Shown: positions 23,071-37,895 of the stretch, one piece after another | Layout of the letters: the number at the start of each line of letters is the position of its first letter | Numbering within the stretch: position 1 is the stretch's first letter | Assembly: GCA_030141605.1 (NCBI GenBank) | Contig: JAQGDQ010000646.1 | Coordinates: forward strand, 55,843-119,842 | Direction of reading: 5' to 3' | From: Tubiluchus corallicola | Lineage: Eukaryota > Animalia > Priapulida | Length of the DNA stretch: 64,000 bases | Position numbers and translations under genes: made by a program | Notes under the pieces: generated by a model | Seen by the model: only the letters and a program-made list of their open reading frames with translations | The model's database searches: none | What the model was told of the DNA's origin: nothing

Positions 23071-25869
23071 TATATTGAACTTACTTCGCATCGTTTTGAA
23101 ACTTACAGCCTATATTTTTATTTTGTTAAGATTGAAAGAGAAACATAAGACTTTTTTAACAAAAATAGTATAACGACGTCGAAACGCCATTTATTTTCAC
23201 CCCCTACACCTATGCGATGGTTCGATCATATCACATGATACGAAATGGTCCCGTCGATCCAGCAGGTAAACTGACGGGTGTTTTTACCAGCACAGCACTT
23301 GTTCCGAAGACGCAATCAGCATGAGGCACACAGGACAAGTTTACTGGCGATTTCTTTCTACAAACCTTGTCTGTCTTTATAAAGTTTTTCATCGTCATGG
23401 CATTAAACCCGGTTGGCATCCGTAATACCAGGAAACAAACTGACTAACAAAGCGACCAATCAGACGCCTCTGGCGGCCCAGTGTCGTTGCAATATACTTG
23501 TTTTTCATCTCAGGAACACATTGGTTTGTTCTTAATAACCGAATAAAAGTGAAGTTAGAATTAATATATAAGTTCTAAAGGCTCAATGTTAAAGCTTTTT
23601 AGGCTAGTTGATTAATGGCCGCACAAGGAAACGTGGCTTAGCGTTTATTGCGAAAATTCGGCAAGCTCCTTTATGCTTGGGATTGGAAATTCAATTTAAC
23701 AGCTAAAATATCGTGACTTTGACACGTCAACGTTTCAAATGAGTTACGTCATAGAAAACCTGTAGAACCTGCTCTGCAAATTTTGCTAAAACCATGACTG
23801 AGAATTTGTGTGTCGGACCAAGGTGTAACACCAGTAACCTTCAAGTTTCAAATGTAGGCAAACGTTAGGTGTTTTCAACATCTCCAAAAACGGACATTTT
23901 AGGAAATAGTGTGGTAGGCTCCAGACATCGCAAGCGAAATGATCTCCTCCACGGGTTGAAATATCAAAATATTGTTGCAGAAATTATTGTCGTGTTTGGA
24001 TCATTCCTAATTAAGTAATTTTTCGAAATTGCCTTTTTGTTGAAGCGCTAAGTGATTCTTCTAAATTTCCCTTGATATGATATTCTATAATAGATATTGG
24101 AATCACTGTGGCCAATTGGAATGAAAAATATATATTTATAGTTAAAAACCTTTACATTAAAAAGTTAAAGTAAAAATCGTACCAAACGTTGCGACTAGCT
24201 GCTGCTGTCACCGTCAGTGGTAAATTTACAAACATACAACCAGTTCATATAGGCAGGGCCTATTATGCATTAATTAAGTAGTTAATAGAAGCCAAATAGG
24301 TAATAATTAAGCAGACCTGAAGAAAAGAAATTGATACGGTGACAAATAGCTAAGTGTTTGAAAATAAAGTTAAAGGAATTGAACTGTTTTGTACATTTTA
24401 AGAGAATTTATTAAGGTACATAGATAAACTTTCTTTTGTTAATAAGTCCCAGTTATTTGTAGCTATTGTTAAAATTCTGAAATTATTAAAATCAACTTTG
24501 TGGCCAGCCGCACAAACATGGTCATTAGTGCATTAATGTATATGTAAATTATATACAAAAATGAATACGTCGTCGTCGGTGAACATGAGTGCCACAGAGA
24601 TGAAGTTTGGGTTAAAAATTATTTTTGATGTACATTAATGACATTGTCCTTACTTAAATAAGTTTTGTGGCATTTGATCTCATTCCTTTTATCTTGAATT
24701 TTGCTGTGGCGACGACAAACAACATACAAGATTAAAGATTCATGATCATGCGGATTTTAATTTGGTGTTTAGAAAAGGGAGAGTAGACGCTTATTAGGTG
24801 GAACATGATAGTTGATTAAAAACAGGAACACAAACAACGCAAATACCTATTACTGAACTTTATGATTTTTTACATCTCTGCTGTTGTTATTTTATTATTA
24901 CGAAAAATAAACAAGGTTTCAATAATGTTTTTGTGCTATTCTGAGATGGGAGAGTATTTAGAGTAGTATACCACGATGGGGCATTCAATACAATTTTTTT
25001 CTACTACTACTCAGTTGAACACAATGATCCATAGTGTAACACTAGACAAAATAAATGTTCAAGGCCTATATGGATGCAACATTGAATAACCCCTTGCTTG
25101 CCGTGCACAAATTTTACTAACATGGCTCCTTGGGCATGGTCCCCATAAATGGGTCAGTACCACCTACAAGGCCAACCTGAAAATTAGTATTGTCACCCAG
25201 GCAGTAAGCACTAAAGTCCCATCTATCATATGGTATAAGTAAAACTTGGTTATCAAGAGTTTCTCATTTTCCTGGCCTTCCGGTTGGGCTCCCGGACTAA
25301 TCAGTTGTGTTGTTATTTTTCTTAACAGCGCATTAATATGGTTTGTTTTTGCCAGCACAATTTCGGTCGCTGCCTTGCTAATCTTGGATTAATTGTGGAT
25401 GATTTTCGTGTGCGCTTACAACGTTCTTTACACGAGGTTTTGCTTTGTCGCCTTCAACAGCAAAAAAGGCTTGTTAGCATTTTGGTGTGTTTTTGCTAAG
25501 AGGTCCTAATCCTTCTTAATTATCTCAACACATAAAAGCCGCCTTGTCAACTGCAGCAGCTAATTGAGTTCTCCGCTTGCCACAGCTAATTATACTTAAT
25601 TTTAGTTAATATCTTCCGTATGTTGAGCGGTTACTGTTAGTGAAGCCAATGGTTGTTGCAAGCTCGCTTTTGCTGGCGCTGAGAAAACAAAACAACCAAT
25701 CAAACGTGCAATGCCTGACTGAAATGCGCATGCGGCACACGCGCGACTTTCTGCACATTACCTGTGTAGATGAGATGAAATTGTATTAGGCTATAGGTTA
25801 GCAAGGTTAGCTTAGGATATGTTAGATGTCCTGCATAACAGCGATGAGTGGAATGAGCAGAACAGGCAG

Positions 25870-26050
25870 CAGGAGAAGGGAGAGCAAAAAAGGTGGTGAG
25901 AGACAGAGGAAGAGAGAGAGAAAGAGAGGGGGGCGAGCGAGACAGAGAGAGAGACAGAGAGAGAAAGAAAGAAAGAAAGAGAGAGATAAAGAGAGAAGAA
26001 GAGAGAGAGGGGGGAAGAAAGAGAGAGGGGGAAGAAAGAAGGAGTTAGGA
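25870..26050. repeat. GA-rich low-complexity tract
   Basis: Directly visible. Confidence 0.9.
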
Positions 26051-26636
26051 AGAGACTGGATGAGATGAGGTGATATGGATGAGAGACTCATGTGCAAAAT
26101 TTTTTCTCTCAGAATAGTACCTACTTGTTGTGAGGGTCTTGAGAATCTGATCCGCCTAGAAAACGTTTTTACGTCTTTACTTTGAAGGTGCATTTAAGCA
26201 ATCATGTAATAGCAGAAACCCTTTTCGACAATGACAATTGATCATGATATCCTTAATTCTCTTCACGCATGTCAAAACGGTCTTGATTCTGCTGCTTTTA
26301 TATTTGACTGCTTTCTAATTACATGCAATAAAACGTCTCTTTATATTGAGGCGACTGAAATTTCGCGAAAACACGTCTGTCTCGTGTAAAAATCGAAAAA
26401 CTAGCATGAAAATATGAAATTTCTCAAAAAATACGCAGAATGCGAATAATTCTACAGTGTTTGCTCAGCAAGCTATAATGGAGGAGTCGCTTATGAAAAG
26501 ACGTCTTAACTGGATGATGATTGAGGAGCTGGAAATGACTGCCAATACTTCACTGTGCCTCGTCAGCTCAGTGTAATCTGATCGTGAAGGACTGCATCTT
26601 CGAAGCCTGTTACTAATGCTCTTGATCTTGGTCTAA

Positions 26637-27265
26637 ATCTGCTTACTCAGCACGCACTCACGCAACCTGTTTATCCAACACGCACTCGCGCAAGCTGCTT
26701 GCCCAGCACGCACTCACGCAATCTGCTTACACCACACTCACTCACGCAGCCGGTTTGCCAAACACGCACTCGCGCAATCTTTTTACCCAATACACACTCA
26801 CACAGTCTGCTTACCCAGCATGCAGTCGCGTAATCTGCTTACACCGCACGCACTCACGCATTCGGTTTGCCCAACTCGCACTCGCGCAACCTGCTTACCC
26901 AGCACGCACTCGCGCAATCTTTTTACCCAATACACACTCACACAGTCTGCTTACCCAATATGCAGTAACGTAATCTGCTTACACCGCACGCACTCACGCA
27001 TTCGGTTTGCCCAACTCGCACTCGCGCAATTTGCTTACGAAACAGGCACTCATGCGGTCTGCTTACCCAATATGCAGCTACGCAATCTGTTTACACCGCA
27101 CGCACTCACGCATTCGGTTTGCCCAACTCGCACTCGCACAATTTGCTTACGAAACAGGCACTCACACAGTCTGCTTACCTAGCACGTACTCACGCAGCTG
27201 GTTTACCCATCACGCACTCACACAATCTGTTTACCTAGTACGTACTCATGCGATTGGCTTACGCA
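26637..27265. repeat. 28-bp minisatellite, ~22 copies, consensus ATCTGCTTACCCAGCACGCACTCACGCA
   Basis: Units aligned by hand; all are 28 bp, and variant units recur in a ~4-unit (112-bp) higher-order pattern. Confidence 0.95.
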
Positions 27266-27989
27266 AGAACATTGTTGATTTCTATCGTCAGGTTCCTCAT
27301 GTGAAGTGCGCTAACAGATTTTCAGTCAAAAACAAGACTAGAACAAGACGAATTTCGGACCTCTTACAAACTAGGTAACTTGAACTGTGACCTTTTGAAA
27401 GCCTTAAAATACGTACATAAGTGCTGATTCATTTTTAACAGCCCTATATGCGTCTGGATAATAAACTTCATAATAAATTTTACAAGGGGTAAAGTAATTT
27501 GTTTTTAGAAATTAGAGCAATAGTACAATTTGTTGTCTTACTTGGGCCGAAATTTAATTCACATCGGGAATATCTCAAATTACAGTGTATAACCTAGTTT
27601 GCACTAGACCCATGTAAACTAATGTATTTTAATTTACCACTTCACAATATAGATTAAGAATAAGATTATATTAAAATTAAGATTAAGATTAAGATTAAGA
27701 TTAGAGTAATAGGCTGGCCTAAGAGCTAACTTAGAGTGCCAGTCTCATTTTTTTAAAAAAACAATGTATATTTTATGAATTATCTTAACAGTAATAATAA
27801 TAATAAGAAAATGCACTACCCGTCCTAGACATTTTGTACTATAAATTTTGTCCCGTCCTGTACTATAAATAGACACACAGCCAGAAAGACCATGATGGGT
27901 TATATTAGACTCTGACTACCTCCCATATATGGTCTCCAAAGAGCTACATAATTAGCACCCGGATTTGAGCAGAACGTATATCCGTATAA

Positions 27990-28450
27990 TACAGCGAGTC
28001 AGACGACAACTGTGACAGTGATGTGGCTCCAGATGAAACGCTCACTGATGTTTCGTATTCTGGTGATGCTGCCCTAGTCAAAACTGTTGCAATATCGGAT
28101 CCATCGTCACCGATCATTCCTCCAATTGACATTAGGACGGTTATGATTGTAGCAGCTCCAAACAAATTGAAGGACAGTGGTGATGACCTTGAAAGAATCT
28201 TTATCAAAAGAGATTTGCCTCCCCAAGAGGTCAAGTTAAATCAGAAACTAAGGGAAGTAGCAAGGCTGTCAAATCAAATCAGGGCTGTCAAATCAAAATT
28301 GACTATAAAGAAAATGCGATTTTGAGAGACAATGTGGCTATTTGTAAATTCGATAAACGACAGGTTTTTTTTAAATTAATCTGTGGCAGTCTACTAATTA
28401 GAGTACTATATACTAAATGACTCTAACAATTTGTAGTAATATTTACTCAA
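27990..28450 (+). mobile_element. LINE ORF1 C-terminus / ORF2 start junction, decayed
   Basis: VAAPNKLKDSGDDLERIFIKRDLPPQEVKLNQKLREVAR resembles the CR1/L2 ORF1 end (AxxLK...IFIxxDLT..ER....LR). Shortly after, LIRVLYTK resembles the LxxLYTN start of the ORF2 endonuclease. Confidence 0.65.
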
Positions 28451-29196
28451 AATATGTCATCAAAATAAGAGATCATAAGATTTACTGTCATATTTCTTAC
28501 ACTGCTATGATAATGCATTGTTTTGATGTTTCATGTTTTCATATTGCTAACATGGTTTCATATTTCTACACTGAGCATTTATTGCTATTTTTAGTGAAAA
28601 TTTGCAGTTATTGTTTTTAAATCATAAATAGACAATAGAACCGGAAGCATTGAACTAGTGTTTCTGGCTGCACTTGGACTTGATCTTGGTTCAACTTGTT
28701 TTTCTTAGCCTGAATAGAAGTAATAATTCATCAGACTGGAAGGCTACTTCTCACTGCAATATAAAAGTATTCATTTCTCCTGCCTTGCCCCGATAACGCG
28801 AATTGTGCATTAAGACTTGATTATGCCCATTTACCTATACGTCTTAATCACTCGTTAGCGGTGGAGGATCCAAAAAAGAGGCATCGACTCAAGGGAAGTT
28901 TAACATGCGGCAAAACCAGACGTTCTTGAGTATTAATAATTATCTGTCAACACTTTAACATCATCGGGTTCAATGTCCCATTTTCTAAGTAATATTGCAG
29001 GAGTGGTGTTTGTGTAAACCAGCCGGAAATGTTCCTAGCATCAGCCCTGCCATTGGTAATTTTCGTCAATTTCTGGCGGAGGCCGAGTCGCTTCATTTAC
29101 CTTTAATTGTTGACATGTATGTGAATTGCTGCGTGCGTCCCTGACAACCTCGAAAAGAATACGGGAAAGAAAGAGAGGTGTGAAAAAATAGAAAAA

Positions 29197-29738
<542 letters not shown>

Positions 29739-29819
29739 GCGTGTACAAGCGAAAGAGACCTTTTCTTTTCTCTCTTTCTCTCTCCCTGTCTCTGTGTGTG
29801 TGAATTTCTCTCTCTCTTT

Positions 29820-30040
29820 AGTTTAAACATAATTTATTTAGGATTAGATCAGACAGTTTGTACAACATGATTTAAGATCCTCACCACAACAGACTTTATA
29901 CACTATTTACAAGAACATTTACAGTAAGAATAGACTATACTTAGTTTTTAGTATACTTTAGTATACTAAAGTTTTACTACAGTGATACATTAGACATTAG
30001 TAAAAAAATGACGGTTAGTAAATATTAATGTACGATTACA
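29820..30040 (-). mobile_element. Young 5'-truncated LINE 3'-end insertion, copy A
   Basis: Nearly identical to 40991-41207. Flanked by direct repeats TCTCTCTCTCTTT (29807-29819 and 30041-30053) within a TC microsatellite. The reverse strand ends AATAAATTATGTTTAAAC-TAAA. Confidence 0.8.
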
Positions 30041-31059
30041 TCTCTCTCTCTTTCTCTCTATCTCTGACTCTCTTTCTCTTTCTTTCTGTTTCTCTCTCTT
30101 CCTCCCTGTCTCTCTTTCTCGCTCTCTCGCCTTCTCTCACGTAGTCCATGTTTTTTTTTTACTGTACAAGATTGTTGCATCAGTGGATCATTAGCTAGAT
30201 TCAAGCATGATTTGTTCGGCTAATAGCAAAGCCGCGAGAGTGAAACCTTGTCTGCAAAAGATTTCTTCGTATCCAAATGAAATTTAGCACCGCTGACACA
30301 TTCGCCTCGAGGGACAGGCTACTCCTGATAGACTCATTATAGGCTTCAATGCCCAATGAGCGGTTGATGTCTTGAGAATTTATTTATAAAACTGCACAGT
30401 AACCAAGTGATCAGTCTTAAGAACTTGAAAAACGCTTTACAAAATGTCATATTATTGTCAGTATTGATACTATTTTTATGTCCACCTCACCGTTGAGATG
30501 TCTAATTATGTCATGACACATTAAAATTTGATAACAACAGAAACTGTGGGAATAGAAATTGTTATAAATAGGCCCAAGACATTCGGTTTCCACAGCGGAG
30601 TCCACAGAAAATTCATTTTTAAACACATTGTCTAAACTACGTAGTATTATTATTATCTATGGTCTGAGCTGCACGCTATCATTAGGCAAAGAGAGTTAAT
30701 GTCGTAACGCTTTCGTGTTATACAATACCAAAATTATTTTACAGTTTGTAAAAGAATTGTAAATTAACATTATTTTTATGATAATTGCTAGTGTGAGGCT
30801 GAATTCAATAAATATTTTTTATTGTGGTGCAGTAGATATTAGAATTTCATATCCGAATGAAATACCGTCTCGAGGTAGTTGAGCATTTTTAGTATTACTG
30901 CGCATTGCGTCGAGAAGCTACGGTGGCACATTCGATAAACTTAACGCAATACTGATACCTCATAACATTAATAAGCTGCACTAGCAAGTCACGATTTGCA
31001 AAGCTTGTTATGATTTAGAAAAGATGACTTTGATTATAGTGGAAAGCCGAAAAATATTC

Positions 31060-31650
31060 TAATGTGTACAGTCTCAGCTCAAGCTTCCACATCTTCGACT
31101 TCCACGAAAGACCACCTTAAATTAATAGCTCACAAGATTTCAAAAGTTCCTAGAATTGTCTGTCGAAATATATTCTACAACTGCAGTCCAACCTCCAATT
31201 TTACCGTAATATCAAAATTGTGTAACGTTGACAGCTGGCCATTATTCATCGAGGCTGGTTAGGCTCTATCTTATTCAAAACGTATTGTTAGAAAGATATC
31301 ATCGTAACAAGTTCAACTATCACTCTATTAAATGCAATATTAATCTTAGCGAATTTTCAATTAAATACCTCGTTTCTGTTTTATGGAACGATACTAACCC
31401 CGAAATCCATTAGTTGTCACCAGTTTCAGAATTTAAAAGAACGTATATATGCTCTCTACTGCAGCAGTATAATTGTTCAAACGAACTTACCAATCTTTTT
31501 AGTTTCAATCTATTATTTTAGGTTGGTACATGATTAATGTAATTATGTTTTGTTTTGGTGTAGTTACTGACAATTTGCCCACTCATCCAGTTATCAGTCT
31601 TTTCAGCTGCTTGTTAGTTACGATATTGTAAACTGAATAAATTAAAAGAT
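31060..31650 (+). mobile_element. L2/Crack-like LINE ORF2 3' end plus UTR
   Basis: LIAHKISKVPRIVCR ... RYHRNKFNYHSIKCNINLSEFSIKYLVSVLWNDTNPEIH*LSPVSEFKRTYICSLLQQY fits the typical FSIxYxGxxLWNxLPxxI....FK..LK..LL..Y tail. AATAAA at ~31636. Confidence 0.8.
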
Positions 31651-31659
31651 ATAATTGAT

Positions 31660-31860
31660 GATGATATATTAAAAAATGTAAAAAACAAGTTAGTCATCAG
31701 CAAAGACACGTGTATTTAAATCAGTAAGAATGGGTTGGTTAATAAAGCAGATAAGAAAAAGCAGCGGTCCTAGCGTGGATCCTTGTGGCGCAACGTAGTT
31801 TATATTTTAGCTCATAACTGGGTGTGTACATACTCTATGCTCCATTTTTTCGAATTAAAG
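31660..31860 (-). mobile_element. LINE reverse-transcriptase core fragment
   Basis: Reverse strand reads APQGSTLGPLLFLICFIN ... RVFADD (RT motifs B and C). Confidence 0.85.
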
Positions 31861-33116
31861 CGTGTAAAAATTCTGTAAGCAAAACGTGTTCCTAGTACTT
31901 CTTAAAGAGGCGTATCAAAGTTCACGTAGTGTTCACCCGATGAGTATATTTAAATTCAGCTGCTGTCCAAGCAGTGAGCCTCTGTTTATATCAACTAAGT
32001 CTAGTCTACACAGTGAATTGACTAGGATAATAAACGTTTAATAGCCGTGCATGTTTCTTCGAACAGTTTGGCTGACGACATTATTTAGCAGCTACATAAA
32101 ACAGACAAGAAAATCGACGACGAGTGTTAAAAATTGCCTTAAAGGTACAGTATGGAAATAGCAGTTTTTGCGATTTTAAATAATGACGTAATGCTGAAGA
32201 TTTGGAGTGGCTTGAACTTGGTAAATGGTTTACAATACTTTGAAAAGAAAGACTGAAAAGAAAGAAAATTTATTGTGGTAATACCGAACTTGATTTCTTA
32301 ATCGGTACTTTGTTATCACTTATTATAAGCAAGAAACGATATTGTTTGTTCATCAAAACAAACTAAATCAAATTGAGAAAACGCGTTGAGCTTTTTAGTT
32401 TCCCAAGATTTTAGGTATTTTTAAATTTTTAAACGCTACCTTATTCTATTTTTATTTTGTCCGTTTAGCCTCATTGACGTGACATAATAATTTTGAGAGT
32501 CGAACGTCAATCAATAGTAAGTCAAAGTGAGCTTTGGAAAGCCTTTTTTCTGTGGACAAGTTTCATAATTTCATTATTCGCTAGGAGAATTTTTATGTCA
32601 CGTGATGTCAAGCAATTGCCGTTTCCGTTATCAATGTTTCAAAGACTAACTGATAACAATTTACCTTTCCGACTTATCAGCACTTTTGTTTCCATTCAAT
32701 GCTTGACTGCACCACGAGAGTAGTAGACAACATCACTCTAGGATTTCTTGGACTTCGGGAAAACCGTCTGCCATCTTGGGGGCATCAGCGGACAAGATGG
32801 TTATCCATTCTGAAATTTAAAAGATTTTACGATTCTAGGAGAATTTATCTGTGGCGATTTACTCGAGAAAGAGCAATAAATTCTGCGCAAGGTACACACA
32901 CAAAAGCTTTTAGTTTAACAGACGACCTGTAGAGTATTCCAATTTATCTAATGAACCTTAGTTTGCGGGTTCCGCAACTCTCGCGTGACAGAAAAAGGGT
33001 ACTTTGGCTACCTATAGATCAGGTGACATTTTTAAGTCTCTCTTTGCAGCGGAACGATAAAATAATGTTGGCTCAGTCAGAACTTATTGAAAATTATTCT
33101 ATTCACACTTCATTGA

Positions 33117-33424
<308 letters not shown>

Positions 33425-36059
33425 TTACTGACAAAGATTATCTTGTTACACGAAGTAAGCTATATTGCTATTTGAATAACAATATCCATCTTACGTCCAG
33501 AAAAAAGACATTACTATAAAACAAAAATAAAAAATAAGTAAAAGACACACAAAAAAAACAAATAAAGTTCGCATGCCAGGCCAACAATTTACAAATGTGT
33601 TAATATGTTAACTGTAAGTGCAAACACATGACAAAAGTTGCTGTCTATTTAACTCCTTTGTCCTAGAAGGACAATTAACGTCTTACATAATGTCAATCAT
33701 TTTCGTTGACTACCCAATCAGCGTCCAAATTATTTCCCACCCCTGCAGAGCTTAATTAACGCAGGTACGTTCGGAACATTTAGCCACAGCTCCGTCTAAT
33801 GCTGTTATGAAAAATGCTCAACTTTTCATTAGCTAGCGGGGGTAATATTAGCCTGGTTCTAGATTTTATTATTGTCAATTAAAATTGCAAATGAATTAGT
33901 GGAAACATGCATAGTCTAGTTTCGTTTGTAGGAAGAAATGCACAACGCTTACGTCTATGAGTTGCTGATTAAAGCATTTTGCAATCAAGAAAATACGCAG
34001 TTTAGTTTAGTTTATGGCTTTGCAAGTTAGATAAAAACAACTATTTGATTAACTTTAAATAAGAACAAAATAATATGTTTTCTTTTCTGGCCAGTTTTTA
34101 TAAACCTCATCTTCACAGACAAATTTAATTCAAATGTGATCAAAACTTATATTACACATCAATGTAATATTAGCTAATTCTACGTTATTTTTCTAGTTAT
34201 AATCATGGTTAAAAGATGCCATTGGGACTTATGTGACTCAGGCATTCGATATAAGGGTCCTCTATGGAATGGAACAGTCAAATATATTCCATTTCCGTTA
34301 CCTGACAAACGGAAAAATACAAAAACTGAATAAATCTTGCAGACGAGCTCATGATCAGTTAATATAGAGAAATACATTGCAGGCTTGATGTTCGCATGTT
34401 TAAAGGCAAGAGAGACTTAATATTTTTGTTGCTAATTTATTGTAAAGCAAAGCTAACTGGCTTAGTTTCTTTATTATGCTTATGTCCCTGTATTTTGTAG
34501 TGCTTTGAAACTTCGTCTCTACATTCTGTTTAAATTGAAAAGCCATTTTTTGGCTACTTAAAGCGTTAACTTCGTGTAAAAATAGCTGCTGCTATGCAAA
34601 TCTGTGTTTATGAAAAAGCTTTGTATGCTGATTAAACATTAGTTGTGACTGTCATATTCTTTAGTTCACTTTAGTTTAGCTTAGACAGTTGTTGTCTTGC
34701 GTGAGCTGTTGTCCCGAATGCTGCTGAGCGTGCTTACGTTACAGCGCGGGGGGGGGGGGGCGATAGACTAATATGTTTTACGTCAATTATGGTATATAGC
34801 AGCAGCACTTGGGGTGAACTCTAGTCAAATGAACGAAATTCCGTTTCTTCATCGGATCTTAGATTAAAATGAATACTTTTAACATGTGGGATATTATAAG
34901 AAATGTAGGGGACGATGAGATGAAGTACTTATAGAGTCCTTACCCCTCAGATATGTTTAATGAACGTGGTTATTAAAATTTATTCTTATTCAATTCAGTA
35001 ATTCAAAAGAAAATTCAGTTCCGTATCTCTGCAAAGAACATGTATAGATTAATGTGAATTTGACAAAAAGTGGTGCCTTTATAACATCTTACTAGGTGCA
35101 GCAACTCAGAGAATTCAGTATGATATGTGAAAAGTACCACATCTGCTTAGTAGTGTTGCTAGAACTTGCTGCGATCCCAGCCTCTGCCTCACCTTCACAT
35201 TTAAAAGACGTTATTTGTAATATTACGCGGAGAAGGCATCTCAGGTGAAACAACGAACTTAATGAAGCTGTCAACATTAATTGTCAACAAAACAGTCAAG
35301 TGTCGCATCTGTGCAACGTAGTAGGCAGGTGATATTTAATTTATTGTACGTCCCTAAATAATTAAATTTCTTATTTCCATGTCATTTTTAATCCATTTGC
35401 ACTTACCTTTTTTAATAAAACAGTTTGGAGAATTTCTTGATAAAAGTATGAACTCTAACGATGAAAAAACATAATGGAGAACTTTATTTGGTAATTTACA
35501 AGCTACCATTGGCCTTCTAAATAATTGTTGAGTGTCTAGGTGTCTGATGACGGCTGTTAGCATCAGACAGAGAAGTACCAAGTAAAGTCCTGCATTATGT
35601 TTTTTCGCATCTTAGGTGTTCATATTTTTTAATCACATTGATGTAATGTAAACCTATAATTGTAGATAGTAATGTCAAAAATTAGTTTTGTGAATAGAAT
35701 AATGGCAATTAACAGGGGAAGGAAAATGTAAGTTTTTACTTCATCCTGTCCATTTCTTGAGTGCTTCTATTGTAATTTTATTGTTTTATATGTAGAACGT
35801 ATGTTTATTTGAGTTGGCGCAAATTTACGTGTAATATGTAATAATTTTAACTCATTAAATAAACAAATTGTTACTATTATAACAGACTTCGTTTCCCACC
35901 CAATAACAGCCTATTCATTAGTAAATGTTTTCATAATAGTTTTCCGAATTAGTAAACAATTTTCTACAATTGTACCGTCTCTATTTTCTTTGACCGGTTC
36001 TTTTGGTCGGCATTTATGCAATTCTAGTATCTAGCAGGAAATTGTTCACTTCAATAAGC

Positions 36060-36235
36060 AAATTTGATCTACACGACACCCTCTGCTTCAATCCAATCAA
36101 AGAGTGAAATCTAGAGATGGATTATGTTCTAGCATCGTAGTTGTGGCAACAGCAGATGTCATTTCAAGTTTTTCTCATCTCGGTATTGAACCAGCAGCCT
36201 TCCAGACGCAAGTCATGTGCGAGTGCCCTGCCAAT
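36060..36235 (-). mobile_element. tRNA-derived SINE remnant
   Basis: Reverse strand GACTTGCGTCTGGAAGGCTGCTGGTTCAATACCGAG contains a B-box-like GGTTCAATACC. Confidence 0.4.
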
Positions 36236-36356
36236 AAAATTATGTTAGGAATAAACTTAAATAGAATTTAGTTCCTGTATCATTTCAGTAAGATTAACGA
36301 GTGTGATGTACAATCATAGCTCATGAGTAGATGGTGCATTTCAGGATGCTATTTAG

Positions 36357-36603
36357 TTTTTGTTTTTTGTTGTTGTCGCTGTAGTTGTTGTTGCTGTTGC
36401 TGTTTCTGCTGTTGCTGTTGTTTTGTTTGTGGTTGTGTTTGTAGTTGTGATTGTTGTTGCTGTTGTTGTTGTGCTTGTGGTTGTGTTTGTAGTTGTGATT
36501 GTTGCTGTTTCTGTTGTTGTGGTGTTGTTGCTGTTGCTGGTGCTGTTTCTGCTGCTGTTGTTGTTGTTGTTGTTGTTGCTGTTGTTGTTGTTGTTGTTGT
36601 TGT

Positions 36604-36657
<54 letters not shown>

Positions 36658-36660
36658 GGC
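36357..36660. repeat. (GTT/GCT)n compound microsatellite
   Basis: Directly visible. Confidence 0.95.
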
Positions 36661-37759
36661 CGAGGGTTGGGTTGTGACTACAGTTGCTGTTGTGATCGCT
36701 GTTGTATTCGAGGAGTATTGATGGCGCTGCTGCTGCTGTGTCAACTGGGTATCTCAATCTGATTAAGAAGTTTAACGTAAGAATGGCTACCGACTAACGG
36801 ATAGCTCATCCATTACATATAATAGTAAAATATTAACTATTAACTATTAATATTAATCGTGAACGTTCACAAAAGTATCAATAGCTCGCATCTAAAATTA
36901 GTAGTAAAGTTGAATAGCAGAAAATAATTCAAATGCTGCAAAATTTAAACAAAACCAATTTTCCACAACAAGCGAGATAAACAACATGACCGAAGCACGA
37001 CAAAAATAGTAATCGTATTAATAAACAATAATAATTATAACATACAACAATAATGAACACATTAATAATCTGGTGAACAAGGAAAGATGGATTCTTAAGT
37101 TGCCTATGTTTATTAATTAAACTTAAATTTAGGTAAATTAAAAGCAAACAATGGTGCCCACTGTACAATTAAAATTAAAATAAATGATTTGTATTTGAAA
37201 ATCCATGTATTATGTGATTTTTGTCCGTAGAAATATTCCTTCGTCGAACGACACAAATCTACAGCGAATATTGTCGAGATTTTAACGGCAGCACATAAGA
37301 ATTTCTCATTTCTCGTAATTCGCTGCTAGCTTAATCAGCTCAAATATTGAAGGTTTTCCGTTCAATAAGTTACACTAGGCCGTTCCGTAGAGAGAGAAGA
37401 CAGCGGTTAAACCTTTTTCTTTTCTCCCGCCTTTATTCTTGTTAAGATGATAAGGAGTTTCACTTTCTCTCCATTCTGAAATAAAAGTTCTCTACGCCTT
37501 TCTCGAATTTTAGTTTTCTTCTTTCGGAGTCATTTAGAATCTTAACATTAAATGGTGAAATCTCTTAATGATAACATTACTCTTAATGGTGGTGCTCACC
37601 TCGATTGATTAATTTCGAGTCAGAAATTTCCTCATATTCCTCGTTAAAATCCTGACGGGGTATTCCAGCTTTTCCACAATGTTTCATGTTTGGTTTCAAA
37701 AGTCAACTAGGCTAATCGTGGTTTGGTACCACCATTCTTCCTTTTTTTCAACCATACCT

Positions 37760-37801
37760 CCTCTCTGTCTCTTTCTCTCTTCTCTCCTCTCTCTTTCTCT
37801 T

Positions 37802-37860
<59 letters not shown>

Positions 37861-37895
37861 CTCTCTCTTCCCTCTCCCCTCTCTCTTTCTTTCTC
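37760..37895. repeat. (CT)n/(GT)n microsatellite
   Basis: Directly visible. Confidence 0.93.

Noticed and set aside
26637-27265. CRISPR array or His/Cys-rich repeat protein (ORFs 26755-27378)
   Set aside because: No spacers. The 28-bp unit is not a multiple of 3, so the frames rotate and the ORFs are incidental.
35540-35575. Hammerhead ribozyme at CTGATGA
   Set aside because: CTGATG pairs with the downstream CATCAG in a simple hairpin, and there is no stem II followed by GAAA.
36323-36762. Cys-rich metallothionein-like or poly-Gln proteins
   Set aside because: Five overlapping frames are open across a GTT/GCT repeat, which is a repeat artefact.
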